Origin: Ignavibacteriota bacterium
Lineage (GTDB): Bacteria; Bacteroidota; Ignavibacteria; Palsa-1295
NCBI GenBank assembly: GCA_963776895.1
Contig: CAVZOL010000004.1
Coordinates: 128,402-192,401 of the forward strand
Length of the DNA: 64,000 bases
Direction: 5' to 3'
Shown: positions 41,580 to 50,995 of the stretch, in pieces
How the letters are laid out: each line of letters opens with the position of its first letter
How positions within the stretch are numbered: position 1 is the first letter of the stretch
Program-made: the position numbers and the translations under genes
The notes under the pieces: generated by a model
The model's database searches: none
What the model was told of the DNA's origin: nothing
What the model saw: only the letters and a program-made list of their open reading frames with translations

Positions 41580-41993
41580 TTAATGTGTAGCAGACAGATT
41601 CTGCGCAATGGCATTGAGATCGTTCTGCAATTCCTCAAAATCAGACTGTGAGGTCTGTGGTTCATTGCCTCCAAATCGGCGCCAAATAATCTTCGTAGCA
41701 TAGATCGTGGTCGTCATGCTATCGACGGGGAAGAAATTAAATCGAAGGGTCACGCTGGTCGCGCCATTGTCGTAATATTGATTTCCTGAAATGAAGATTA
41801 CATCGCTGGTCGCATCTGGAGTGTTCCCAACCGTGTACCCCCCCGAAAGAAGCCAGTGCGTTGTTTCTTTCCGAGCATTCGCGATCGAAGAACGAACGGT
41901 AATTTCCGGACGGCCGCTGGGCGTATTTAAATGTCCGGTCGATGCGCAACCGGCAAGGAATAAGATCGATAGAACAAAAGCGATTTTTTTCAT
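41580..41993 (-). CDS. Hypothetical lipoprotein
   Basis: MKKIAFVLSILFLAGC lipobox. Confidence 0.75.
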   Translation of the reverse strand: MKKIAFVLSILFLAGCASTGHLNTPSGRPEITVRSSIANARKETTHWLLSGGYTVGNTPDATSDVIFISGNQYYDNGATSVTLRFNFFPVDSMTTTIYATKIIWRRFGGNEPQTSQSDFEELQNDLNAIAQNLSATH

Positions 41994-42036
41994 TTGAGCT
42001 TTGAAGATTAATTCGGTGGCAAACAAATATTCGTGA

Positions 42037-42561
42037 TTAGCAGGTTCCGGTTGGTGGAACAGCGCGTATTTCATACACAAAGCTCTGCCTGCCGGTCTCA
42101 TCTTTCCGCTGGCCAATGCAGATGCCGCCGATCTTCTTCATTGCTTGCTGGGAACGCCAGTTGTGTATTCCGACGAAGAACAAAACCCGATCCACAAACT
42201 GGAAGGCATGCTGCATCATCAGCCGCTTCATTTCGCCATTATAGATGCCACCCCAATAGGCGCGCGCAAGGAACGTCCAGCCGATCTCGATCTCGCGTTC
42301 GGCCTCGCTGTGATCGTGATAGCGCGTGGAACCAATAATCCGGCCGGTGCTGAGGTCGATAACGGCGAAGGCCCCACCGCTCTCCATTGCGCCGCGAAAA
42401 AACTCGCGAAATATTTCTTCTTTATAGCGCTCCCGCACCGGATGCAGTTCCCATATCAACGGGTCGGACGCAACCGCGTAAAGCTCCGCCCAATCTGATT
42501 CCCGCAGCGGACGCAGTTCCACACGTTCACCGGTAAGCGTGGGTTGAAGATCGAACGGCAT
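42037..42561 (-). CDS. GNAT (RimJ/RimL-like) acetyltransferase
   Basis: LTGERVELRPL, IIGSTRY, EIGWTFLARAYWGG and NWRSQQAMKKIG. Confidence 0.92.
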   Translation of the reverse strand: MPFDLQPTLTGERVELRPLRESDWAELYAVASDPLIWELHPVRERYKEEIFREFFRGAMESGGAFAVIDLSTGRIIGSTRYHDHSEAEREIEIGWTFLARAYWGGIYNGEMKRLMMQHAFQFVDRVLFFVGIHNWRSQQAMKKIGGICIGQRKDETGRQSFVYEIRAVPPTGTC

Positions 42562-42564
42562 AGT

Positions 42565-42834
42565 CTAATACACCTTATCGTGCGGACCAATATCTTCAAG
42601 GATCGCAGTGCCGGGATCGGCAAATGAAAACACTACGCGAAGATGCCAGGTCAGTGAAAACGCCCAGCTCTCTTTGAGTTTGCCTTTTAATTTATGCGTG
42701 GCAAGCTGCGGGTCGTAGGGATCTTGAATGAATTGGAGCAATTTTTCTCGAAAGGTCTTTTCAAGAATGGGGCGGCCTTGCACCAGGTGCCTATAGGCCC
42801 GTTTAAAGCGAGGAGATTCGGTAACGCGAATCAT
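42565..42834 (-). CDS. RelE/StbE (YafQ-like) mRNA interferase toxin
   Basis: SPRFKRAYRHL...DPYDPQLATHKLKG...LRVVF...DIGPHDKVY. Confidence 0.9.
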   Translation of the reverse strand: MIRVTESPRFKRAYRHLVQGRPILEKTFREKLLQFIQDPYDPQLATHKLKGKLKESWAFSLTWHLRVVFSFADPGTAILEDIGPHDKVY

Positions 42835-43043
42835 TCGGCTTCGAGACGCCGAATGAGTTCATCAATATCTGAGGTTGGTGCGGGCAGCGCATGTTCGTCC
42901 CACAATCGACGCGCTTCTAAATGCCCGCGATAGAGTTCATCGCGAGCCGCGTCCGTCAATTCTTGTTCGAGAACTGCCTTCAGTTCCGCTTTTTCTATGA
43001 CAGGAAGCGTGCGTACCTCTTCGACCAGATCTGCGAATATCAT
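42831..43043 (-). CDS. Putative cognate antitoxin
   Basis: Small acidic ORF overlapping the toxin start by 4 nt (ATGA); ends SDIDELIRRLEAE. Confidence 0.75.
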   Translation of the reverse strand: MIFADLVEEVRTLPVIEKAELKAVLEQELTDAARDELYRGHLEARRLWDEHALPAPTSDIDELIRRLEAE

Positions 43044-43066
43044 GCTATTATAAGTGAGAATTTGCA

Positions 43067-43101
43067 CGAATCATTCCGCACCAAACGAGCTACGGCGCAA
43101 C
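43067..43101. repeat. 35-bp direct repeat, copy 1 (copy 2 at 44194-44228)
   Basis: CGAATCATTCCGCACCAAACGAGCTACGGCGCAAC versus CGAATCATTCCGCGCCGAACGGGCTACGACGCAAC, 31/35 identical. Confidence 0.85.
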
Positions 43102-43103
43102 CG

Positions 43104-43658
43104 CTACCTCCTCGGCACATACCGCATCGCCACCGCTCCTGAGGCATACTCCAGCCGGCTCACGAGCCGCAAGTCGATACGCGCGGATAGCCCTGCAAAG
43201 AGCGTCGGGCCGTGGCCCGCTATTCGGGGATGCACCACGAACTCATACTCATCGATGAGTCCCAGCTCCGCGAGGGCGAGCGGAAGCTTCACGCCTCCCG
43301 TCAGCAATCCCTTACCTGGCTGCTGCTTCAGTTCCCGAACAAAATTCCCCAGATCCCCGCGCACCAGCTCCGCGTTCCAATCGACGCGGGTGAGCGTGCT
43401 CGACACGACATACTTCTTTGCCGCGTCGATCTGGCGCGCGAACGGTTCCATCCAGGGTTTCATCCAATCCGGAAGCACACCCTCTCGCGAGCGCCACGCG
43501 GCTTCCATCATTTCATACGTCACGCGGCCAAAGAGCAGCACATCGGCCTGCGCGAGGGTTTCCGCTGCGTGACGGTGCAGCTCTTCATCCGCGATCACTT
43601 CACGATGATCGCAGCACCCGTCCAGGGTGACGTTGATGGAATACCGGAGAGGTCGCAT
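43104..43658 (-). CDS. Dihydrofolate reductase-like (RibD C-terminal domain) protein
   Basis: YSINVTLDG, LLFGRVTYEMM, KYVVSSTL and LIDEYEFVVHPRIAGHG. Confidence 0.92.
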   Translation of the reverse strand: MRPLRYSINVTLDGCCDHREVIADEELHRHAAETLAQADVLLFGRVTYEMMEAAWRSREGVLPDWMKPWMEPFARQIDAAKKYVVSSTLTRVDWNAELVRGDLGNFVRELKQQPGKGLLTGGVKLPLALAELGLIDEYEFVVHPRIAGHGPTLFAGLSARIDLRLVSRLEYASGAVAMRYVPRR

Positions 43659-43734
43659 AATGTTTGCCGCCGATAACTTTAGATTAGAAGTGTTCCAAAA
43701 AACGACCACGGTCGGCCCACCGTTCCGGCGGGCA

Positions 43735-43944
43735 TCACAACTTCCGAAATTCTTCGAGCGTCAGGCCGGCTTGCTTGAGAATATTGCGGAATGTTCCATC
43801 TGGAACATCGCCGGTATGCATAGCAACCATGGTTTGCCGTCCGTCGGGATGGCGAAGAAAACAGTGTGAAGTCCCTTTGTGCCGTTCGACTTCGAAGCCG
43901 GCACGCTTTAGCTTCGCGAGAACATCACGCGACTTGAAGGGCAT
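43735..43944 (-). CDS. hicA: HicA toxin
   Basis: LKRAGFEVERHKGTSH...HPDGRQTMVAMH..DVPDGTFRNILKQAG. Confidence 0.9.
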   Translation of the reverse strand: MPFKSRDVLAKLKRAGFEVERHKGTSHCFLRHPDGRQTMVAMHTGDVPDGTFRNILKQAGLTLEEFRKL

Positions 43945-44170
43945 CGTCTGCGATTTCGAGCGTACTGAAAAACACTTCCCGGCTCGATGGCACAGGCTCC
44001 CCATGCTCGCGTTTAACCTGCAGCCATCCCGTCACGAGATCCTCGGCTGCGGCACGAGCACCATCAATGCCAAGCCCATGCGTAGTTAAGTCCAGCGCGG
44101 GAATATGCGCATAGTAATAGCCCTCAAAGTTAGGCTCCTCACACTTTTCGAAAACAAGTCCGTACGTCAT
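43925..44170 (-). CDS. hicB: HicB antitoxin (short form)
   Basis: YYAHIPALDLTTHG..IDGARAAAEDLV..WL...GEPVP. Confidence 0.88.
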   Translation of the reverse strand: MTYGLVFEKCEEPNFEGYYYAHIPALDLTTHGLGIDGARAAAEDLVTGWLQVKREHGEPVPSSREVFFSTLEIADDALQVA

Positions 44171-44193
44171 ACTTATCTAAGCCAAAGAAAACG

Positions 44194-44228
44194 CGAATCA
44201 TTCCGCGCCGAACGGGCTACGACGCAAC
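44194..44228. repeat. 35-bp direct repeat, copy 2
   Basis: 31/35 identical to 43067-43101; directly abuts the REP-tRNA repeat. Confidence 0.85.
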
Positions 44229-44292
44229 GTGTGACGGGAAGCGCTGCTTCCCGGTGCGCGCATAGCTCAGATAGTAAGAACGTCGGCCTTAT
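44229..44292 (+). repeat. 64-bp direct repeat (REP-like hairpin + tRNA 5' fragment), copy 1; copy 2 at 45186-45249
   Basis: 60/64 identical by manual alignment. Confidence 0.9.
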
Positions 44293-44308
44293 AAGCCGAA
44301 GGGCACCG
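44256..44308 (+). pseudogene. Truncated tRNA-like sequence with anticodon TAT (Ile-UAU), lacking the T-loop and 3' acceptor strand
   Basis: GCGCGCA-TA-GCTC-AGATAGTAA-GAAC-G-TCGGC-CTTATAA-GCCGA-AGGGC-ACCG: canonical spacing of acceptor 5' strand, D arm, anticodon arm and variable loop. Confidence 0.7.
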
Positions 44309-44376
44309 CGATCACTTCACGATGATCGCAGCACCCGTCCAGGGTGACGTTGATGGAATACCGAAGAGGTCGCATA
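44306..44376 (-). pseudogene. 71-bp duplicate of the 5' end of the DHFR-like gene
   Basis: 70/71 identical to 43589-43659, including the ATG. Confidence 0.9.
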
Positions 44377-44377
44377 T

Positions 44378-45109
44378 TTATTTCTTTTTGGCCTTCATAA
44401 TTGTTTTGAGCTTCTTCGAATTCCACTCGACAAGTTTCGCTTTGCCGCTGTCGATGTCATCTCTCATTTTGTTGAGACTTTCGGCAAACTTCTTTGCTGT
44501 TTCAGGCGGACCGTAAAAAGACAGTTCCCAAATAATCCCGTAAAGAATATCGCCGAGCGTAAACTCTGGGTTTCTAAATGTCGCGATTAGTTCGTTCTTC
44601 TTCGGCAATTCGCGGCGGATCTCAATCGTCTTTCGAAGTTTGAGCGGATAGGATGTGAGCTTCCACGGCTCGGTAAGTTCAACTGCAAACCGAACGGTAT
44701 CACCCTTCTTCATCCCAGAACCATCTTTGAAATCTTTTTTCAGCACACCAACGCCATCGAACGAGAGTCGTCGAAAACCGCTCGTCGATGCCGGATACTT
44801 TTTACCATAATCATGCTCGGCAATATCGCAGTAGAGTTCAAGAAAATCTATGTCGTCGGTTTTCGGATCGCGCTTGAATCGCTTGCTCAGGCCGCTCGTC
44901 ACGATCTCCTTACACCAATTCCCGAATATCGTATCGTATAGCTTGAGGTTGCGGTTTAGCAGATGAAAAACATCGCGAAGCATTATATCGTCCGCGAGTT
45001 CGCAATGATCGAAAAGGTGCGTGGGCGCAGCAACGGTGCGATCGCGGTAGTTCGTCCGTCCGTACTCATGTCCAACGAGCTTGCCGCCTTTTTTGAGCAG
45101 TAGTTCCAT
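44378..45109 (-). CDS. Hypothetical protein
   Basis: 243-aa ORF with a conserved-looking C-terminal FTLGDILYGIIWELSFYGPPE; function not recognised. Confidence 0.75.
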   Translation of the reverse strand: MELLLKKGGKLVGHEYGRTNYRDRTVAAPTHLFDHCELADDIMLRDVFHLLNRNLKLYDTIFGNWCKEIVTSGLSKRFKRDPKTDDIDFLELYCDIAEHDYGKKYPASTSGFRRLSFDGVGVLKKDFKDGSGMKKGDTVRFAVELTEPWKLTSYPLKLRKTIEIRRELPKKNELIATFRNPEFTLGDILYGIIWELSFYGPPETAKKFAESLNKMRDDIDSGKAKLVEWNSKKLKTIMKAKKK

Positions 45110-45146
45110 TGGATTCTAAACTTACCGATAACACTTCTCGTTCAGC

Positions 45147-45211
45147 CAGTCAAGCAGCGCTTGACTGCACACGCTACTATTTGTTGTGTGCCGGGAAGCG
45201 CTGCTTCCCGG
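45147..45211. repeat. Inverted pair of REP-like hairpins
   Basis: CAGTCAAGCAGCGCTTGACTGCACAC, a 13-bp spacer, then GTGTGCCGGGAAGCGCTGCTTCCCGG. Confidence 0.8.
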
Positions 45212-45212
45212 A

Positions 45213-45249
45213 GCGCGCATAGCTCAGGTAGTAAGAGCGTCGGCCTTAT
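45213..45249 (+). pseudogene. tRNA-like 5' half ending exactly after the TAT anticodon
   Basis: GCGCGCA-TA-GCTC-AGGTAGTAA-GAGC-G-TCGGC-CTTAT with a perfect D stem. Confidence 0.65.
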
Positions 45250-45268
45250 CTCCCTCCACAAGAGGCTC

Positions 45269-47080
45269 TTACTTGGCACTCAGGTCCGGCCACATAGGCC
45301 CAGGCTCTTCAGGAGGTTCCTGAATGTATGGAAGCTCAGCAATTTTTATTCTTATCAGCGCAAACTTCTCAATTATTTCAGGATCAGGGTTCGAATTCTT
45401 CGATGAGTAGAACGAATGTGCATCTTCGAATTGCGCCGTTAGCCATTTAATGGTTTGAGATGAATTCTTTCCAACTTTGACTAGATCCATGCCCACTCTC
45501 AAAAAATACTCGACCACATACAATTGCGACTCCTTAAACTCACGCCTCCGGCTTTCTTTTGTCGAAAGAATTCTGCCAAGGGTTCCAAGCTCATTCAAAG
45601 TCCAATAATCGACAGGATATTTGCTCCGGATGATGTACGAAATAGTGCTACAATATACGATGACGGCGAAAGCGTAGTAATCTTCCTCCTTCTCCAAAAT
45701 CTCTTCTATGTCACTTGGAGACAGAGGGAGCGATAATGACGGGAATCTTTGAACTTCCATATCTATCCTCCTCTTCGCGAGCTCAGCCATAGCCATTAAA
45801 ATATTATTAGCAAAGGACCTTTTAAGAAGGTTATTCACAGAAGATTCACGAACGTCGAATAATAGGGTATGCAAGTTGACTGATACGGCGTCGAGTTGTG
45901 CGCTGTTGTTTTTCCGAGCTGCCGCTTCACCCCACTCTTGAAGTTTCGCAACGTAATCGCTGGTCATCAATTTCCAGTGATACTCGAACTTAAAGTCTAG
46001 CTTCTTCGGCGGAAGCTCATTCTTCGAATAGTAAGTCAATGAAATTTCCTCCGCTGGGGGACAGTTAAGCAGAAACTGCTCTCTCATCGACTCATTCAAG
46101 ACTTCAAATCCTACCAACATCGGATCTTCGTAACCCTCATCATTGAGAGAACTGATGTATTCCCCAACAAAGCTCTCAAGTTCATGGAAATCTCCTAGAT
46201 ATAACTTGTTCAATGCTATGTGACGGTAAATCCACCTTACATTTCTCCATAGCGCCTCAAGTGTCCTTGTATCCTTCTTTCCAATGGCCTCTGACATGAT
46301 GCTCTTCCACACGAGAAGCAGTTTGTTGAAAGCCTGATAAATTCGATCCCCAGTAGGTGTGTTTCCGAGGTGCGATAGCACGACTAAAGTCGTTTCCCTC
46401 ATTATCGCCTGCGCCTCAGCAGTATCGCCATCTCGGACGTATCGAATTGCTATATCTCTCAAGCGATTCACAGGGTTTCCTTGATATTCAACCAGTGAGT
46501 CCCAAGTATTCATGGTCACGTTTTGCAGATTATGGTCTCCTTGTCCAAGCGTTTTCTTAAATGCTTCTACCGCTTCCTCAATAGGAGCAGTCGAAGTGCT
46601 CATTTCCAAAACGTCATAGCAAATAGGGAACAAGGTGACAAGTGCGAGCAGTGCTAGAATCGTATCATAATAATATAGAGTGAGGCTGGTATTATTCGAA
46701 ATACCATCATATCTGATGAGCGTGATAACACTCAGAAAGATTGCAGCAACGGATAAAGTGATCCATCGAGCAAAATTCTTATTTGAGAAAAAACCCTTTA
46801 GAGCATGAGGACCGAGTTTTCGTTTAAGAACTTCAAATGTGATGACGACGAAAGCTACCACTACCGCCACCGTGCTAGTGAGAATTGTGCATAGCAGTTC
46901 TAATATCTTTGATGGCTCTTTGTGATTGGACAGTCCCAGGAAATCCGGAAACAGGCCAAGATTCATAATAGAGATAGCCAGATAAATCAGGGTCAGCAGT
47001 GCTAACAGCCGAAGGTCATAGACACTTATGAAATCATTCAGCCTACGATTCTTAATTAATGTTAAATGTTTCTTGCTCAT
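45269..47080 (-). CDS. Hypothetical membrane protein (DUF2254-like N-terminal TM region, helical C-terminus)
   Basis: About four N-terminal TM helices followed by a long alpha-helical region; AT-richer than nrdJ. Confidence 0.7.
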   Translation of the reverse strand: MSKKHLTLIKNRRLNDFISVYDLRLLALLTLIYLAISIMNLGLFPDFLGLSNHKEPSKILELLCTILTSTVAVVVAFVVITFEVLKRKLGPHALKGFFSNKNFARWITLSVAAIFLSVITLIRYDGISNNTSLTLYYYDTILALLALVTLFPICYDVLEMSTSTAPIEEAVEAFKKTLGQGDHNLQNVTMNTWDSLVEYQGNPVNRLRDIAIRYVRDGDTAEAQAIMRETTLVVLSHLGNTPTGDRIYQAFNKLLLVWKSIMSEAIGKKDTRTLEALWRNVRWIYRHIALNKLYLGDFHELESFVGEYISSLNDEGYEDPMLVGFEVLNESMREQFLLNCPPAEEISLTYYSKNELPPKKLDFKFEYHWKLMTSDYVAKLQEWGEAAARKNNSAQLDAVSVNLHTLLFDVRESSVNNLLKRSFANNILMAMAELAKRRIDMEVQRFPSLSLPLSPSDIEEILEKEEDYYAFAVIVYCSTISYIIRSKYPVDYWTLNELGTLGRILSTKESRRREFKESQLYVVEYFLRVGMDLVKVGKNSSQTIKWLTAQFEDAHSFYSSKNSNPDPEIIEKFALIRIKIAELPYIQEPPEEPGPMWPDLSAK

Positions 47081-47108
47081 AAAAAAAAAGGCCGCTTAAC
47101 GCGGCCTT
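47081..47108 (-). terminator. Intrinsic terminator of nrdJ
   Basis: AAGGCCGC/GCGGCCTT stem with a 5-nt loop and a T9 tract on the minus strand. Confidence 0.85.
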
Positions 47109-47135
47109 GTAATAATAATTACCAAACCGCTTCTC

Positions 47136-50100
47136 TTACGAACACCCGCTCGTCGTGCCGCAATCGTCGCAGACGGTGCAGGCGCCGTTGCGCTTTACAC
47201 GCATGGAGCCGCAGGCGGAGCATTGTTCGCCGGTGTAACCTTTGCTGCGCGCTTCGCTGCGGAGGCTTTGCAGTGTCGCGGTTCCTTTCGGCAGCGTGGT
47301 GAGCGGCGAGTGGCTGAGGGCCATTTCGGGTTCCTCAATGCGTTCGTTGCGGAGGCGTTCGAGATTCGCATCTTCGCTGACCGTTTGTGTCGCAATGGCG
47401 TCCGTTGGGGGTGTCGAAATAACATTTCGACCCACACCGTTATCTTTTGGTTCATCCACGGCTTTGACATGCACGAAATCCTGACGGCCAAGATATTCGT
47501 AGCCCAGCGCGCGGAAAACATAATCCAAAATACTCGTCGCGTTCTTGATCGCTTCGTGGCCCTGCACGGCGCCGGCGGGTTCGAAACGCGTGAACGTGAA
47601 GGTATCGACCAGCTCTTCGAGCGGCACGCCGTATTGCAGCGCCTTCGAAGTAAGCACGGCAAAACAGTTCACAAGCCCCTTGAATGACGCGCCTTCCTTG
47701 TACATATCGATGAAGATCTCGCCTAAGGAACCATCTTCGTATTCGCCGGTGCGGAGATACACTTTGTGCCCGCCTACGACGGCCTCGCGCACGAATCCGT
47801 GGCGCTTCGTCGGTAGGCGGTGGCGGCGCAATTCCGGCGGCATCACTGCTGCCTGTGCTTCGAGCAGTGTATGCAGCTTTGCCGCGTCGATCGTCTCGTT
47901 CGCGGGATCTTCCACATCGTTAAAGAGCACTTCTTCCGCCAGATCGGCATCCTCATTGGAAGAATTGAGCGGCTGCGAAAGCTTGGAACCATCTCTGTAG
48001 AGCGCGTTGGCTTTCAAGCATAATTTCCAGGAATCGAAATACGCTTTCGAGACGTCCGAGACCGAAGCCTCGTTCGGCATGTTGATCGTCTTCGAAATAG
48101 CTCCCGAAATGAACGGCTGCGCGGCGGCCATCATGCGAATGTGCGCTTCATACGGAATGAAACGGGTTCCGTAGCGTCCGCATTTGTTCGCGCAATCGAA
48201 AATTTGCAGATGTTCGTCTTTCAGTTCCGGCGCGCCTTCGAGCGTCATCGTGCCGCAGACGTAATCGTTCGCAGTCTGAACTTCCTCGCGCGTGAACCCA
48301 AGCGAGTGCAGCATATTGAAATTCGCATCCGTGAGTTGCGAGGGCGTAAAGCCAAGCTTCACGCAGAACTCCTCGCCGAGCGTCCATTTGTTGAACGCAA
48401 ATTTCAGATCGAACACGTTATCGCAGAGCTTTTCAACCTCGTCGATCTTCTCATCGGTAAATCCTTTCGCCTTGAGCGATGCGCGGTTGATCGCCGGGCA
48501 ACCGACGAGCGTGCCGTGTCCCTTCGAATATTTTTCGATCTCCTCGATCTGCTTGTCGTTATATCCAAGTTTCGTCAGCGCTTTATGCACCGATTGATTG
48601 ACGATCTTAAAATATCCGCCGCCCGCGAGCTTCTTGAATTTCACGATCGCGAAATCCGGCTCGATGCCGGTGGTGTCGCAATCCATAACAAGCCCGATGG
48701 TTCCCGTCGGCGCGATGACGGTCGTTTGCGCGTTGCGGTAACCATATTTTTCGCCGAGCTTGTAGGCGCGATCCCACGCATCGCGCGCGGCTTGCAGCAA
48801 GTCTTCCGGGCAATGCTCCGGCGTAATGCCCATCGGCTTGATGGTAAGCTGTTCGTAGCGTTCCGGCGAAGCATTATACGCCGCAAGCTTATGGTTCCGC
48901 ATGACGCGCAGCATGGCATCCTTGTTTGCTTCGTAGCGCGGAAAAGCTCCCAGATCTTTCGCCATTTCAGCAGATGCAGCGTAGGATTCGCCCGTCATGA
49001 TCGCAGAAAGCGCACCGGCAATGGCTAAGGCGCGTGGGGAATCATACGCGATTCCGGCCGTCATGAGAATAGTACCGAGATTTGCATAACCCAAACCAAG
49101 CGTACGGTAATCGTAGGAACCCTGCGCGATAGCGCGGGAAGGAAATTGCGCCATGAGCACGGAAATCTCCAGCACGATCGTCCATAAACGGACGGCGTGT
49201 TTGTAATCATCGAGCTTGAACGCGCCTGTCTCTTCATCGTAAAAATACGCGAGATTGAGCGAGGCAAGATTACACGCGGTGTCATCCAAGAACATATACT
49301 CCGAGCACGGATTGCTCGCGTTGATGCGGCCGTCGTTCGGGCAGGTGTGCCATTCGTTGATCGTCGTATCGTATTGCAAGCCGGGATCGGCAGAAGCCCA
49401 TGCGGAGAACGTGATCTTCTCCCACAGTTCTTTCGCCTTCACTTTCTTAGCGGCTTTGCCCGTCGTGCGGAACTTTAGCGTCCACTCGCCGTCGGTGAGA
49501 ACGGAGTGCATGAAATCATTCGTGACGCGAACGGAATTATTCGAATTCTGTCCCGACACCGTTTGATAGGCTTCGCCTTCGTAATGCGTGTCGAAGGTTT
49601 TGAAATCGATTTTATCGTAGCCCATCTCGACCATCCGCAAACAGCGAACGATGTAATTCATGGGAACTCCACGCGCAAGCGCCTTCTTGATCGCAATATC
49701 GAGATCATGATTATCCTTGCGGTCGGTGCCGCCATCGTTGGCGATCTTCATGATCATGTTGAGGAAGAGATCGCACACTTTCGATCCAGCGACGAGCGCG
49801 GCGACTTTCTGCTCTTCGAGCGCTTTCCATTCGATGAAGGTCTCAATATCCGGATGATCGATATCCAGAATGACCATCTTTGCCGCGCGGCGCGTCGTTC
49901 CACCGGATTTCACTGCTCCGGCAGCGCGGTCGTTAATTTTGAGGAAGCTCATCACGCCGGAAGCCGCCCCGCCGCCGGACACTTTTTCGCCTTCTCCACG
50001 AAGCGAGCTGAAGTTCGTTCCTGTGCCGGAACCATATTTGAAAATGCGTGCCTCGCGCGTAACGAGATCGAAAATGCCGCCTTCATTCAGCATATCATCC

Positions 50101-50666
50101 TTGATGGACTGAATAAAGCACGCGTGCGGCTGGGGATGCGTGTAGGCATCCGTCGAGCGCGTCATTTCGCCTGTTTTCGGATCGACATACCAGTGGCCCT
50201 GCGCGGTTCCCGTAATGCCATACGCCCACGCGATGCCTGTGTTAAACCATTGCGGCGAGTTCGGCGCAGCCATTTGGCGCAAGATCATGTAGGCGATCTC
50301 ATCATAGAATGCCTGCGCATCTTCTTTCGTATCGAAATAGCCATGCTCTTCGCCCCACGCGCGCCAGCATCCCGCCAGACGGTGCGCAACCTGTTTGATC
50401 GAACGTTCCGGCCCTGTGATAACATTGCCGTCCTTATCGCGGAGCAACGTGCCGAAGGTATCGTGCTGCGGCACACCCGCGCGGCGGAAATATTTCTGCG
50501 CCAAAATATCGGTCGCAACCTGCGACCAGTGCTTCGGCACCTCGATATCCTCCATGTTGAAGATGGGCTTGCCGTCGGGGTTGCGCAAAACGCTCGCGCG
50601 CGACGTGTATTGGAATTGATCGTAGGGAGTCGTCCCCGTTTGTGTGAATCTGCGTGTAATTTGCAT
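47136..50666 (-). CDS. nrdJ: Vitamin B12-dependent (class II) ribonucleotide reductase
   Basis: [56 protein letters not shown]-like domain and C-terminal CxxC..CxxC..SGCS; no intein seen. Confidence 0.97.
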   Translation of the reverse strand: MQITRRFTQTGTTPYDQFQYTSRASVLRNPDGKPIFNMEDIEVPKHWSQVATDILAQKYFRRAGVPQHDTFGTLLRDKDGNVITGPERSIKQVAHRLAGCWRAWGEEHGYFDTKEDAQAFYDEIAYMILRQMAAPNSPQWFNTGIAWAYGITGTAQGHWYVDPKTGEMTRSTDAYTHPQPHACFIQSIKDDMLNEGGIFDLVTREARIFKYGSGTGTNFSSLRGEGEKVSGGGAASGVMSFLKINDRAAGAVKSGGTTRRAAKMVILDIDHPDIETFIEWKALEEQKVAALVAGSKVCDLFLNMIMKIANDGGTDRKDNHDLDIAIKKALARGVPMNYIVRCLRMVEMGYDKIDFKTFDTHYEGEAYQTVSGQNSNNSVRVTNDFMHSVLTDGEWTLKFRTTGKAAKKVKAKELWEKITFSAWASADPGLQYDTTINEWHTCPNDGRINASNPCSEYMFLDDTACNLASLNLAYFYDEETGAFKLDDYKHAVRLWTIVLEISVLMAQFPSRAIAQGSYDYRTLGLGYANLGTILMTAGIAYDSPRALAIAGALSAIMTGESYAASAEMAKDLGAFPRYEANKDAMLRVMRNHKLAAYNASPERYEQLTIKPMGITPEHCPEDLLQAARDAWDRAYKLGEKYGYRNAQTTVIAPTGTIGLVMDCDTTGIEPDFAIVKFKKLAGGGYFKIVNQSVHKALTKLGYNDKQIEEIEKYSKGHGTLVGCPAINRASLKAKGFTDEKIDEVEKLCDNVFDLKFAFNKWTLGEEFCVKLGFTPSQLTDANFNMLHSLGFTREEVQTANDYVCGTMTLEGAPELKDEHLQIFDCANKCGRYGTRFIPYEAHIRMMAAAQPFISGAISKTINMPNEASVSDVSKAYFDSWKLCLKANALYRDGSKLSQPLNSSNEDADLAEEVLFNDVEDPANETIDAAKLHTLLEAQAAVMPPELRRHRLPTKRHGFVREAVVGGHKVYLRTGEYEDGSLGEIFIDMYKEGASFKGLVNCFAVLTSKALQYGVPLEELVDTFTFTRFEPAGAVQGHEAIKNATSILDYVFRALGYEYLGRQDFVHVKAVDEPKDNGVGRNVISTPPTDAIATQTVSEDANLERLRNERIEEPEMALSHSPLTTLPKGTATLQSLRSEARSKGYTGEQCSACGSMRVKRNGACTVCDDCGTTSGCS

Positions 50667-50995
50667 AGCTTGAATGCCCGAAAAATGGGCTGTTTTTTAC
50701 CCCTTATCGAAGAGGCCAGTTAATAACGCTTTTTTTAGTAGAATCGTGTGCGCTTGGCCGTTTAAAACCGAGCGATGAAGCACTTTTAATACTGTACTGT
50801 GAAAAATTGAGGAAGAATCGCCCTTACCCTAAAATTCCCTTCTTTTTTAAGAAGAAAACGGTTAGGGGAGCGGTCTCCCGTTAATGGATTATTCTTTTGT
50901 CAAGACGGAACTCTATCTTTCTGGTAGGGCGGCGAGGGTTCCTTAGATTAGGGGCTGGAAACCTTGCTGCTACACCGGAAAAAGAATCCCTCTCT

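Noticed and set aside
44256-44330. Intact functional tRNA-Ile(UAU)
   Set aside because: There is no TTCRA T-loop, no 3' acceptor strand complementary to GCGCGCA and no CCA; reported only as a fragment.
40686-47080. Integron cassette array (co-oriented small genes, TA pairs, GTT-starting motifs before some starts)
   Set aside because: No intI gene is present, and I could not pair RYYYAAC with GTTRRRY boxes to form attC sites after the stop codons.
47136-50666. Intein or intron in nrdJ
   Set aside because: The frame is continuous, with no intein splice-junction or LAGLIDADG motifs seen.
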